This document shows positions 1 to 8,029 of a stretch of DNA of 64,000 bases, one piece after another. The stretch comes from an uncultured Gemmatimonadota bacterium. GTDB lineage: Bacteria; JAAXHH01. The position numbers were made by a program, and so were the translations under genes. The stretch covers positions 1,824,001 to 1,888,000 of the forward strand of contig OX638340.1 of assembly GCA_951812955.1 (NCBI GenBank). Direction: 5' to 3'. The first letter of the stretch is position 1. The number at the start of each line of letters is the position of its first letter. A model generated the notes under the pieces. That model saw nothing but the letters and a program-made list of their open reading frames with translations. It did not search any database and had not been told where the DNA came from.

Positions 1-2
1 CC

Positions 3-785
3 GTGTATGCGAATCTAAGGAAATTCAGTTCGTACGCGGGTTTGGAAGACGCGTCGGCGGTCAAAGCCGATCGCATGGACGGGGGCATTGATTTCATCAT
101 AGTGCGCGAACTTTCCAGTGGCGCGTACTATGGTCGACCGAAATTCATGGAAAAAACGCCCAGGGGTAGAAGGGCCGTCGACACCATCGAGTACTTCGAT
201 TTTCAGGTTGAACGACTGGCGCGTTACGGATTCGAACTGGCGCGACACAGGCGATGCAAATTGACCTCGATGTCCAAATGGAACGTTTTGGAAACCTCCA
301 GGCTCTGGCGCGATGTGGTCGAGGAAGTGGCCAAGGATTATCCCGATGTGGATACACGGCACGAAATAATCGACGCTGGTGCGATGAACCTGATCCTGAG
401 ACCCAGCGAGTACGACGTCATCATTATGCCCAACATGTTCGGCGATATCCTTGGAGATGAGGCAGCTGTCCTGGCCGGCTCGATCGGTATGGTCCCGTCC
501 GCGGAGATATCCCTGGATAGCACGTCTTTGTACGAGCCCATACACGGGAGCGCCAATGATATCGAGGGGCGGGACATCGCCAATCCCCTGGGGATGATTC
601 TAAGTGCCTCAATGCTTCTCAGGTATAGCCTCAATTGCCCGGAAGGTGCCGACAACATCGACCAGGCGGTCGAGACTGTGATCTCGAATGGATACAGGAC
701 GGCCGATATCTGGTCTTCAGAAGATCAGAAGAAAGTATCAACAACGGAAATGGGGGACCTGGTGGCTGAAATTTTGGCCGCGTAG
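3..785 (+). CDS. Isopropylmalate/isocitrate dehydrogenase family protein, C-terminal part (5' end cut by window edge)
   Basis: Translation contains NLILRPSEYDVIIMPNMFGDILGDEAAVLAGSIGMVPSAEIS, the beta-decarboxylating dehydrogenase (LeuB/Icd/tartrate DH) signature region. The ORF runs from the window edge to a stop at 785. Confidence 0.8.
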   Translation: MYANLRKFSSYAGLEDASAVKADRMDGGIDFIIVRELSSGAYYGRPKFMEKTPRGRRAVDTIEYFDFQVERLARYGFELARHRRCKLTSMSKWNVLETSRLWRDVVEEVAKDYPDVDTRHEIIDAGAMNLILRPSEYDVIIMPNMFGDILGDEAAVLAGSIGMVPSAEISLDSTSLYEPIHGSANDIEGRDIANPLGMILSASMLLRYSLNCPEGADNIDQAVETVISNGYRTADIWSSEDQKKVSTTEMGDLVAEILAA

Positions 786-817
786 CCGTATCAGCTTGAT
801 TACGACAGGAGCCTATC

Positions 818-1933
818 ATGTCTTATTCACCCGGACTCAAGGACATCGTCGCGGCGGAAACTCGGCTGAGTCATGTAGATGGAGAAGCCGGCAAACTGGT
901 CATCGGTGGATATCCGCTCGAAGGGATCGCGGAACGAGCGACGTACGAGGAGATGGCGCACCTACTCTGGCACGGGTCACTGCCTGACGCGGCCGCCCTG
1001 GATCGATTCGCTGGCGAACTGGCCGCCGGCCTCGCGCTATCCGGTACTTCGATCGACATCCTGCGGAACGCCGCGAAGGAACGCCGCCCCGTCATCGACG
1101 CCGTTCGCATGACCGTTGCCTCCCTTCCCTCCACCGACGATGCCGCGGACGCCCGGTCCCTGGTGACCGGATTGCCGATCGTCGTGGCAGCCTACTGGCG
1201 TCTTCTTCACGGGAAAGAACCTGTAGAACCCGACCCCGTCCTCGGTCACGTGGCCAACCTGCTGTACATGCTGCACGGCGAGATTCCCGGAGACGAACGT
1301 GTACGCGCACTCACGACATACCTCAACACCGTGATCGACCACGGCATGAACGCATCTACGTTCGCGGCACGCGTCATTGTGTCCACACGTTCCGACTTCA
1401 TCTCGGCTGTTACGGGCGCCATCGGCGCGCTTAAGGGTCCGTTGCACGGCGGGGCGCCGGGTCCGGTCATTTCCATGCTCGAAGCGATTGGCGACGCTGA
1501 CAACGCTGACGATGCAGAACGATACCTCCGCAAAAAACTTGAATCAGGTGAACGCCTCATGGGTTTCGGACATGCCGTGTATCGCGTTCGAGACCCGCGG
1601 GCCGATGTACTCTCGCGCGCCGCCAGATCCTTTTTCGCCGATGAAGACGAGCTATACGCCCTGGCCCTGCACGTCGAGAAGACCGCTATCGAACTGCTCG
1701 AAGAATACAAGCCAGGTCGGCGTCTGCAGACCAACGTGGAGTTCTATACCGCCCTGCTCCTCCGAGGGCTGGGCCTCCACCCGGACCTGTTCACCCCCAT
1801 GTTCGCCACGGGACGTGTCGCAGGTTGGGTTGCCCATTGCATGGAACAACGGTCCGTTGACCGCATCTTCCGGCCCGAGTCCCGGTATACGGGCATTGAA
1901 TCAAATCGCTGGACGCCGGTCGAAGATCGATGA
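818..1933 (+). CDS. Citrate synthase family protein (citrate or 2-methylcitrate synthase)
   Basis: 371 aa with the GFGHAVYRVRDPRA motif typical of citrate synthases (GFGHRVYK..DPR). ATG preceded by AGGAG-like SD. Confidence 0.85.
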   Translation: MSYSPGLKDIVAAETRLSHVDGEAGKLVIGGYPLEGIAERATYEEMAHLLWHGSLPDAAALDRFAGELAAGLALSGTSIDILRNAAKERRPVIDAVRMTVASLPSTDDAADARSLVTGLPIVVAAYWRLLHGKEPVEPDPVLGHVANLLYMLHGEIPGDERVRALTTYLNTVIDHGMNASTFAARVIVSTRSDFISAVTGAIGALKGPLHGGAPGPVISMLEAIGDADNADDAERYLRKKLESGERLMGFGHAVYRVRDPRADVLSRAARSFFADEDELYALALHVEKTAIELLEEYKPGRRLQTNVEFYTALLLRGLGLHPDLFTPMFATGRVAGWVAHCMEQRSVDRIFRPESRYTGIESNRWTPVEDR

Positions 1934-2031
1934 GCGACGGCAGTTTCTCAGTAGGGAATCGACTTTATCCTAATGGGGCCTTGTCAGTACTTCGGGGTTT
2001 TCTATAGTGCTAGCTATACGGTGCAATCCTA

Positions 2032-2047
2032 TTGTACAATTGTACAA
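2032..2047. promoter_or_regulatory. Perfect palindrome TTGTACAATTGTACAA in an intergenic region (putative operator)
   Basis: Read directly. The same TGTACAATTGTACA core recurs at 24745-24764 and a half-site at 18791-18798. Confidence 0.4.
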
Positions 2048-2147
2048 TACAAATCCGAATTGTCAGGTTTGATTCAAGTCCTTGATCGGTCCGAACGGAA
2101 TATACTGGCATTTAGCATTTCATGTTTTCATTTTAGTTGACGTCTGA

Positions 2148-2252
2148 GCGACTGGCGCATCGGTCGACGGCTGACAAATTGGTCGGCGACTGGCGCAATG
2201 GTCGGCGGCATGCGCAATGGTCGGCGGCATGCGCAATGGTCGGCGGCTGGCA
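2148..2252. repeat. Tandem array of GC-rich ~19-20 bp units (gcgcaatggtcggcggcat x3 plus two degenerate gactggcgca-ggtcg-cgg copies)
   Basis: Read directly. The repeats create duplicated ORF starts (MVGGMRNGRR twice) just upstream of the PhyH gene's RBS. Confidence 0.8.
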
Positions 2253-2294
2253 CTTTCGAAAATCCCAGTATCGATTCCAGGAAAGGAATCCCCC

Positions 2295-3185
2295 ATGGCG
2301 ATGGTCGACATGAAACAGATCCACGGTCTGGAAGATGTCACGGGGCTGCTGACGCGTCCCGACGAACTACGACAACGTGCCGTGGAGCAAGGTTGTCTGT
2401 TCTTTCGCGGACTTCTCGATCCGGGGAGCGTCCTTGAGGTCCGGCGGCAGGTGCTCGGCGTGTGCCGGGACCACGGGTGGCTCGCGGATGAATCGGACCT
2501 GATGGATGGCGTCGCGAATCCCGGAATCCGCGTAGGTGAAAGCGGCATCCCTAGCTGGCAGGCCTTTTACGATGACGTGCAGCGGATCCGCGATTTTCAC
2601 GCGCTCGCACTGGACCCGTCGATGATCGGGATGCTGGAAGCGCTGTTCGGAGAAACGGTACTGGCCCACAGCCGGAATATCTGCAGGCTGGTGTTCCCGG
2701 ATATGAACGCCCACTCGACACCGCCCCACCAGGACAACTACTTCATCGGCGGATCGGACGAGACGTGGACGGCCTGGATTCCCCTGGGCGACTGTCCCGA
2801 GGAACTCGGCGGACTCGCCGTCAACCGGGGATCCCATCGCAGGGGCATGCTGGAGACGACCGAAGGCGTCGGACCCGGCGGGCGGCAGGTGTACGTCGAA
2901 GACGATTCCACCTGGGTCGGCGGCGACTATGAATGTGGCGACGTGATCATTCTCCACAGCCTGACGATCCACCAGGGCCGGGACAACGTGACATCTGACC
3001 GCCTCAGGATTTCGACCGACTACCGTTACCAGCCAAGAAGCCACCCGGTCCGGGAGGATTCACTCCAACCACACATGAACTGGTTGACCTGGGACGAGAT
3101 ATACGAACAGTGGGATGAGGAAGATCCGGTGAAGTACTACTGGAAGGGCTGGGACTTGGACGTGGTCACGCGGGAGCCTCGATAG
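2295..3185 (+). CDS. Phytanoyl-CoA dioxygenase (PhyH) family Fe(II)/2-oxoglutarate-dependent oxygenase (paralog 1)
   Basis: HQDNYFIGG...TAWIPLGD and a downstream His (HS..IHQG) fit the PhyH-family HxD...H facial triad context. Start chosen at the first ATG after the repeat array, with GGAAAGGAA SD. Confidence 0.7.
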   Translation: MAMVDMKQIHGLEDVTGLLTRPDELRQRAVEQGCLFFRGLLDPGSVLEVRRQVLGVCRDHGWLADESDLMDGVANPGIRVGESGIPSWQAFYDDVQRIRDFHALALDPSMIGMLEALFGETVLAHSRNICRLVFPDMNAHSTPPHQDNYFIGGSDETWTAWIPLGDCPEELGGLAVNRGSHRRGMLETTEGVGPGGRQVYVEDDSTWVGGDYECGDVIILHSLTIHQGRDNVTSDRLRISTDYRYQPRSHPVREDSLQPHMNWLTWDEIYEQWDEEDPVKYYWKGWDLDVVTREPR

Positions 3186-3318
3186 GCGTCGCAGGGAGAG
3201 CAACCGGAGAAACGCCGCTGTGCGCATCGTGGGAGCCGCGCTGATCCGCTACTTGAACATGCCCAATTCCTTCTCCAAAACCGTCAAGCACCTGATTCGT
3301 CTCTTCCTCAGTAAACCG

Positions 3319-4350
3319 ATGGCGGCACCGGTTGATATGACGGGACGCCACGTAATCGTAACCGGCGCGTCCCCTGGTTCGCTCGGGTACGAAACCGCGC
3401 GGGTCCTTGCGGGTTGGGGCGCGACGGTCGCAGCAACCTGCGTGCGCAATGTCCCTCTCATGGAAGCGACATTAAAAGACGACTTGCTTAAGCTAGGCGC
3501 CAGTGAGGACAACATCACGGCCCACAGGTTGGACCTCAGCGATCCGGACAGCGTAAACGACTTCGCCGCATGGTACCGCGACAGACACCAGGGTAAGCTC
3601 CACGTACTGGTCAACAACGCGGGCATCCACCGGAAGACCTTCGCACCACGCAAGCAGCCGCCGCTGGCCGAAGATGGCTTCGAAATACACTGGCGGACCA
3701 ACTACCTCGGCGCTTTTCACCTGACCTGGGTCCTGCTGCCCTTCCTGCAACGGACAGGACTCGAAAGCGGCGACGCACGCGTTGTCAACGTGTCCTCCGG
3801 CCTGCACGAACGGGTCGGGAACGAGGACCTTTTCGATGAGGGGACGCGCCACGGAGTGCCGCACCGCGAGGAGCCACGACAAGGAAGACCGCGCGACGGG
3901 GAGCCGCTCCAAGGGGAGCCGCGCTCCGATATGCCGCGCTACCACTCCTGGGACGCCTACGGAAAGTCGAAACTGGCGATGATCCACATGGCATTTGAGA
4001 TCGAAAGACGATTCGCCGAATCCCACAATCTGCACGCGGTGGCTGTGCATCCGGGTGTCGTGATGACCAACCTGACCCTTCCACAGGCGTTTCGTGGACT
4101 GTTGGGCAAGGCATTGCATCGAGTCAGTACCGCGCTGACCTCACTGGTCCTGCTGTCTCCGAATGCCGGGGCGCAGACCATTGTGATGTGTGCGAGCCAG
4201 CGGCAACTGCAAGGTGGGAAATACTACGAGCGCTGCGCCGTCGGCGAGCCGTCCGCGGACAGCCAGGACGAGACCGTGGCAAAACGCCTTTGGGACCTGT
4301 CGGAACTGTGGGCCGGGACGCTCGCACAGTCAGGTGGAGATGCCCGTTGA
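3319..4350 (+). CDS. Short-chain dehydrogenase/reductase (SDR) with a charged low-complexity insert
   Basis: VIVTGASPGSLGYETARVLAGWGATV Rossmann motif, NNAG motif and a Y...K catalytic region. The EPRQGRPRDGEPLQGEPRSD insert is unusual. Start uncertain: an alternative GTG at 3220 is possible. Confidence 0.75.
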   Translation: MAAPVDMTGRHVIVTGASPGSLGYETARVLAGWGATVAATCVRNVPLMEATLKDDLLKLGASEDNITAHRLDLSDPDSVNDFAAWYRDRHQGKLHVLVNNAGIHRKTFAPRKQPPLAEDGFEIHWRTNYLGAFHLTWVLLPFLQRTGLESGDARVVNVSSGLHERVGNEDLFDEGTRHGVPHREEPRQGRPRDGEPLQGEPRSDMPRYHSWDAYGKSKLAMIHMAFEIERRFAESHNLHAVAVHPGVVMTNLTLPQAFRGLLGKALHRVSTALTSLVLLSPNAGAQTIVMCASQRQLQGGKYYERCAVGEPSADSQDETVAKRLWDLSELWAGTLAQSGGDAR

Positions 4351-4495
4351 CGATTCATGAAGTCCGTACCGGTCCCATCATGTTCAGCTTGACTGCCAGG
4401 ATTCACAAACTGCACGGCATTCGCGGCTCACACGACTCTCACGGCACCCACGGCACGCAGAGTAAAACCGGAATCAATCCACAAGGACATGCAAT

Positions 4496-5257
4496 TTGGA
4501 CAGCGAACTACTGAAACGGGGATTCGCACCTCGGCCGCTGACGGACGCGCAACGCAGCGCGCTGGACACCGATGGCTTCATCGTGCTGGAGGAGGTCATC
4601 TCGCCAGACTGGCTCTCCGAACTGCGCCATGCATTCGATGAGATATTTGACAGCGAGGGCGATAGAGCCGGTGAGGAGGTCTCCCAGATGGAAGGGGTGC
4701 GCCGGCTTGCCGATCTGGTCAACAAGGGATCGGTATTCGATGCGGTTTACCTGCAGCCCGAGCTTTTGACGGCCGTCTACCATGTCCTGCAGAGGCCGTT
4801 CAAACTGCACTCGCTCAACGGGCACGACCCGCTTCCCAGCAACGGGTTACAGGTGCTGCACGCCGATTGGGGCCAACCTGCCGAGCCCGGCGGGCCGTAT
4901 CATGTCGTTAACTCTTTGTGGATGCTCGACGATTTCACCCTCGCCAACGGTGCGTCACGCTGCGTGCCGGGCAGCCACCTGAAACCCGGCAGGATCGGCG
5001 ACCTCGTAACGGACCGCCTGGCGGACCACCCCGACCAGGTACACCTGACGGGCCGTGCGGGATCGGTTGCCGTATTCAACGGCAGCCTCTGGCACAGCTC
5101 GTATGTCAACCTCAGCGGTGCCCCTCGCCGGACCCTGCACTGCGCCTTCATAGCCCGCGAACACCCGCAACAGACTAATCAGCGGGAGTATCTGCGGCCC
5201 GAGACCGCCCAACGGCTATCCCCACTGGCGCGCTACATCCTCGACGTCCCTCCGTAA
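4496..5257 (+). CDS. PhyH family dioxygenase (paralog 2), TTG start
   Basis: 253 aa with LQVLHADWGQP (His-x-Asp) and GSLWHSS downstream His, typical of the PhyH fold. The ORF ends exactly at the islet boundary. Confidence 0.7.
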   Translation: MDSELLKRGFAPRPLTDAQRSALDTDGFIVLEEVISPDWLSELRHAFDEIFDSEGDRAGEEVSQMEGVRRLADLVNKGSVFDAVYLQPELLTAVYHVLQRPFKLHSLNGHDPLPSNGLQVLHADWGQPAEPGGPYHVVNSLWMLDDFTLANGASRCVPGSHLKPGRIGDLVTDRLADHPDQVHLTGRAGSVAVFNGSLWHSSYVNLSGAPRRTLHCAFIAREHPQQTNQREYLRPETAQRLSPLARYILDVPP

Positions 5258-5496
5258 CACGATTACACGGTAGTTTGTTAATTTTTGTAGGGGAATTAGT
5301 ATGTAAAAACAACAATACGGCAGGCAATAGAAGTTGGGTCTAGTTGTTCCCACCCGTATTGTCCCCAAGTGCTGTACTTTCAACGTACATTCAGTCAATT
5401 AAAAAAATCGTGACCCACCTCTTTAATTCTGATGTTCATTCTCCTTCGGGTGATGTTTGGTTTGATTTCAGTCGACATTGTATCCTTACGTGCATT

Positions 5497-7572
5497 CTAG
5501 TTCACTAACTCAAATACATGCTTAACACTACCGTCCGGTTTTAACACGAGCCCAAACCACTTTTCCAACTTATGTGGGTATACACTTTCTTTGGAATCCC
5601 GGTGAAATTTCTCCTCTAACACCTCCACGGTAGATCTACTACAGTAAATAAACAGTCCTATAGGTAAACCTGGGAACAAAGCACGAACTGTCTGGCTCTT
5701 CTTATTTAATAAATGCCGATTACAAATCCGATTGATATTTTTGTTTATAGTTTTACAAACATCGTCAGACAAGGTTATCAAGAAAAGCCCAAGGTCGATT
5801 TTCAATGGATCGGGGGAGGTTTCCAATTCCTTCAAGATGCTTCCCAAGGGCGTACCAACCAATCTTGTCAGTATGCCATCTGGAGTCGGTATTCCGTCTA
5901 TGCCGTCCCTCCTGACCGCCATTGCAGTATCGAGATGCACTGAGAAATCGTCATCAATTAACATCAAGTCAATATCGTCTCTAAGCCATAGGTTATGTCT
6001 TAGGTGATAGGACAGCAACATATGCTCATGACTCGCCATCAGACGCTCGCCAAATCGTGCCCGTAACTCAAGGTAACTTAAAAACCATAGAGGCGTAGAT
6101 AACATTTCTGATATCGCATCGAGTGAAAAAACGTCGGTGACAAGTGGAGGTAAAATCTGAGTAGTTGACTTGTATTCTAAAAACTGTCTCAACTGAAAAG
6201 CCAACGCCGGGTAATGGTCCGCGATGATTGCTACAGGAAAAATAACCTTCTGAGATTCTTCTATACGGATTACCTCGTTGTTCTTGGTATATAGACTTAC
6301 GGACTGATCTCCGAGGAGTTTAGCACACTCAAATGACTGCTCTACTGCATCTTGAATCGCCATCCTAAAGTCGGATCTTAACACTCGATCGTTCCCTCTT
6401 CGAGATTCCAGTGTTAGCCTTTTTGATTTCGATTGCACCAAAACAACCCGGTCGCCAAATATCACCAAGACATCAATCTCTCCAAGTGTGTGCCCTTTGG
6501 TCTTTCGTAACTCGACGTTTTTATACACTCGATCAGAACCAAAGACATGAACAAGTCTATCATATGTAAAGCTCTCCGTGAAATCCCCTCGATGTGTAAG
6601 TGCTGTTGGTGCATACAAACTATCAGTGCACATCCAATAGAACGGTGTTTCATAAAACGCTTCCGTTAATCCGTAATACTGCAAGAGTACGTATTTATCT
6701 ACATCTCTACGTATGAACGGGTAGATATAGGCTTTGTTAAAGTCATTGATAGTTGAGAAGCCAGCATTTCTTTCGCAAGAAGGTAAAGTAAATGCGTTTA
6801 CAAATGCTTGAACGTCTTCTGTAGGAAATCCTATATAGGAAGCAAGTTCAGTGCAGGAAAAGGTAAAGAAAGGTAAGACCGCCCGATCCTTAGCAGGCCC
6901 TTTTATTTGGTCGCTCAAGACTGTTTCTAAACTCCGGTTTAGGACGTAAGGAATCCCATCACACACCGCCTTTCCAACTACCAAATCAACTGATTTGTTC
7001 TGAGAAAGCCAGTCGGAATCGAGACTGTATTTTGTCAATGCTAGATCACGGTATTGAAAGGGATATGCAGACTCGCCTGCGTAGAAAATGGGTTCCCTAA
7101 GGGATTCCCCGGTAGAGAATGGATTTGCATTAGGGACAGACCCGCCGACTACTCTCCGCTGCATCAACTTCAACGTAGGTTGCACCATAGTTAAGTGCAA
7201 TTCATCCAACAGTTCCGCGGACTTCTTGATGTAATCATTAAGAACTGTAGGTGTTGGCATGGAAAAGTCGATAGGGCCTCGCATCATGAGACCGATTAGC
7301 GTGGTGATTTCGGTACGGATTAGCTGCGAATGGGATCGCCATTGAAGAAGTTCGTCGGAATTTAGTTCATCCTTGAAACCGACGACATTGTCCCGCAGTG
7401 AAATAAAAGCGATTGCGTGAATAAAACCTACGGAGAGGCACAATGCAGCCAGGTCATCAAACACAGACTGTTCTGAGCGCATATAAACGATCCTGGGCTG
7501 TAGCAGACAATTCCAAATTGCGTCTATTGGATTCGAAAGCCAAGAGTTGGATTCTGAATCCGAACCGTTCAT
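5497..7572 (-). CDS. Large hypothetical protein with an internal NERD / PD-(D/E)xK-like nuclease motif; candidate defence effector
   Basis: 691-aa ORF, low-GC codon usage. Central GHTLGEIDVLVIFGDRVVLVQSKSKR resembles the NERD/PD-(D/E)xK core (D...Q/E-x-K). No Walker A and no methyltransferase motifs. Possible Rx4H HEPN-like motif (RLMASH) in the C-terminal third. Confidence 0.6.
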   Translation of the reverse strand: MNGSDSESNSWLSNPIDAIWNCLLQPRIVYMRSEQSVFDDLAALCLSVGFIHAIAFISLRDNVVGFKDELNSDELLQWRSHSQLIRTEITTLIGLMMRGPIDFSMPTPTVLNDYIKKSAELLDELHLTMVQPTLKLMQRRVVGGSVPNANPFSTGESLREPIFYAGESAYPFQYRDLALTKYSLDSDWLSQNKSVDLVVGKAVCDGIPYVLNRSLETVLSDQIKGPAKDRAVLPFFTFSCTELASYIGFPTEDVQAFVNAFTLPSCERNAGFSTINDFNKAYIYPFIRRDVDKYVLLQYYGLTEAFYETPFYWMCTDSLYAPTALTHRGDFTESFTYDRLVHVFGSDRVYKNVELRKTKGHTLGEIDVLVIFGDRVVLVQSKSKRLTLESRRGNDRVLRSDFRMAIQDAVEQSFECAKLLGDQSVSLYTKNNEVIRIEESQKVIFPVAIIADHYPALAFQLRQFLEYKSTTQILPPLVTDVFSLDAISEMLSTPLWFLSYLELRARFGERLMASHEHMLLSYHLRHNLWLRDDIDLMLIDDDFSVHLDTAMAVRRDGIDGIPTPDGILTRLVGTPLGSILKELETSPDPLKIDLGLFLITLSDDVCKTINKNINRICNRHLLNKKSQTVRALFPGLPIGLFIYCSRSTVEVLEEKFHRDSKESVYPHKLEKWFGLVLKPDGSVKHVFELVN

Positions 7573-7708
7573 CCATGGCTTTTAACTTTAGATTCTCCAG
7601 ATAGCTGTTTCGGATAATTAAACAAGTCAGTTCGCCGGAAACATCTCGTGCAACCCGCGCTGATACACCGTTGGTGACTACAGCTTCACCGTCGGTGTGA
7701 ACGCACCT

Positions 7709-7960
7709 TTACCGGTTGTTGTGATTATCCACGGGTTTGTTTTCTTCTGAAGCGTGGTGGTCATCGCCTAACGGGATTAAATCCTTCGATATAGCCAGCG
7801 AACCGCCTATTAGAGCCATGAGTGGAGACTTTACGACTTCGTAAGCGTCCTCCGCTGTCATTCCTCCGCTCCAACACATCGCAACGAAGATGATTATAAG
7901 CGAAGAGTAACCTAAACCCACAAGGACCAGTACATTCTTCCGCCACGGAACCTTCATCAT
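7709..7960 (-). CDS. Small membrane protein (about 83 aa, one or two TM helices) upstream partner of the 691-aa gene
   Basis: Strong RBS AAGGAGGA immediately before an ATG ATG start. Hydrophobic stretch LVLVGLGYSSLIIIFVAMCW. Located 137 bp upstream of the large gene on the same strand. Confidence 0.55.
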   Translation of the reverse strand: MMKVPWRKNVLVLVGLGYSSLIIIFVAMCWSGGMTAEDAYEVVKSPLMALIGGSLAISKDLIPLGDDHHASEENKPVDNHNNR

Positions 7961-8029
7961 ATCCTCCTTTTGGGTATTCTCCCAATTCACATAATATGTT
8001 TGACAATCGCTTTATAATGCTCCGAGCAA

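Larger units (their letters stand above)
5258..8029. other. AT-rich (about 40% GC) horizontally acquired islet carrying a two-gene minus-strand module
   Basis: Sharp compositional drop relative to flanking ~62% GC genes. Bounded by the stop of the PhyH gene (5257) and the stop of the ceramidase-like gene (8030). No integrase, tRNA or direct repeats seen at the borders. Confidence 0.75.

Noticed and set aside
2148-2252. Tandem repeats considered as a possible CRISPR array
   Set aside because: Units are contiguous with no unique spacers, and only 3-5 copies of 19-20 bp. No cas genes nearby. This is a simple tandem repeat, not a CRISPR.
3220-3318. 33-codon N-terminal extension of the SDR from a GTG at 3220
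   Set aside because: SDR Rossmann motifs normally lie within about 10 aa of the N-terminus. The extension is hydrophobic/basic and could be a leader, but an internal ATG at 3319 gives a canonical length. Kept as an alternative only.
4188-4514. 108-aa ORF spanning the SDR/PhyH intergenic region
   Set aside because: It overlaps the SDR 3' end in another frame, has no RBS or motifs, and its translation is Arg-rich low-complexity.
7995-8022. TTGACA ... TATAAT hexamers on the plus strand at the islet edge as a sigma-70 promoter
   Set aside because: Spacing between the hexamers is only about 9 bp (17 plus or minus 1 is needed). They are on the opposite strand from the islet genes.
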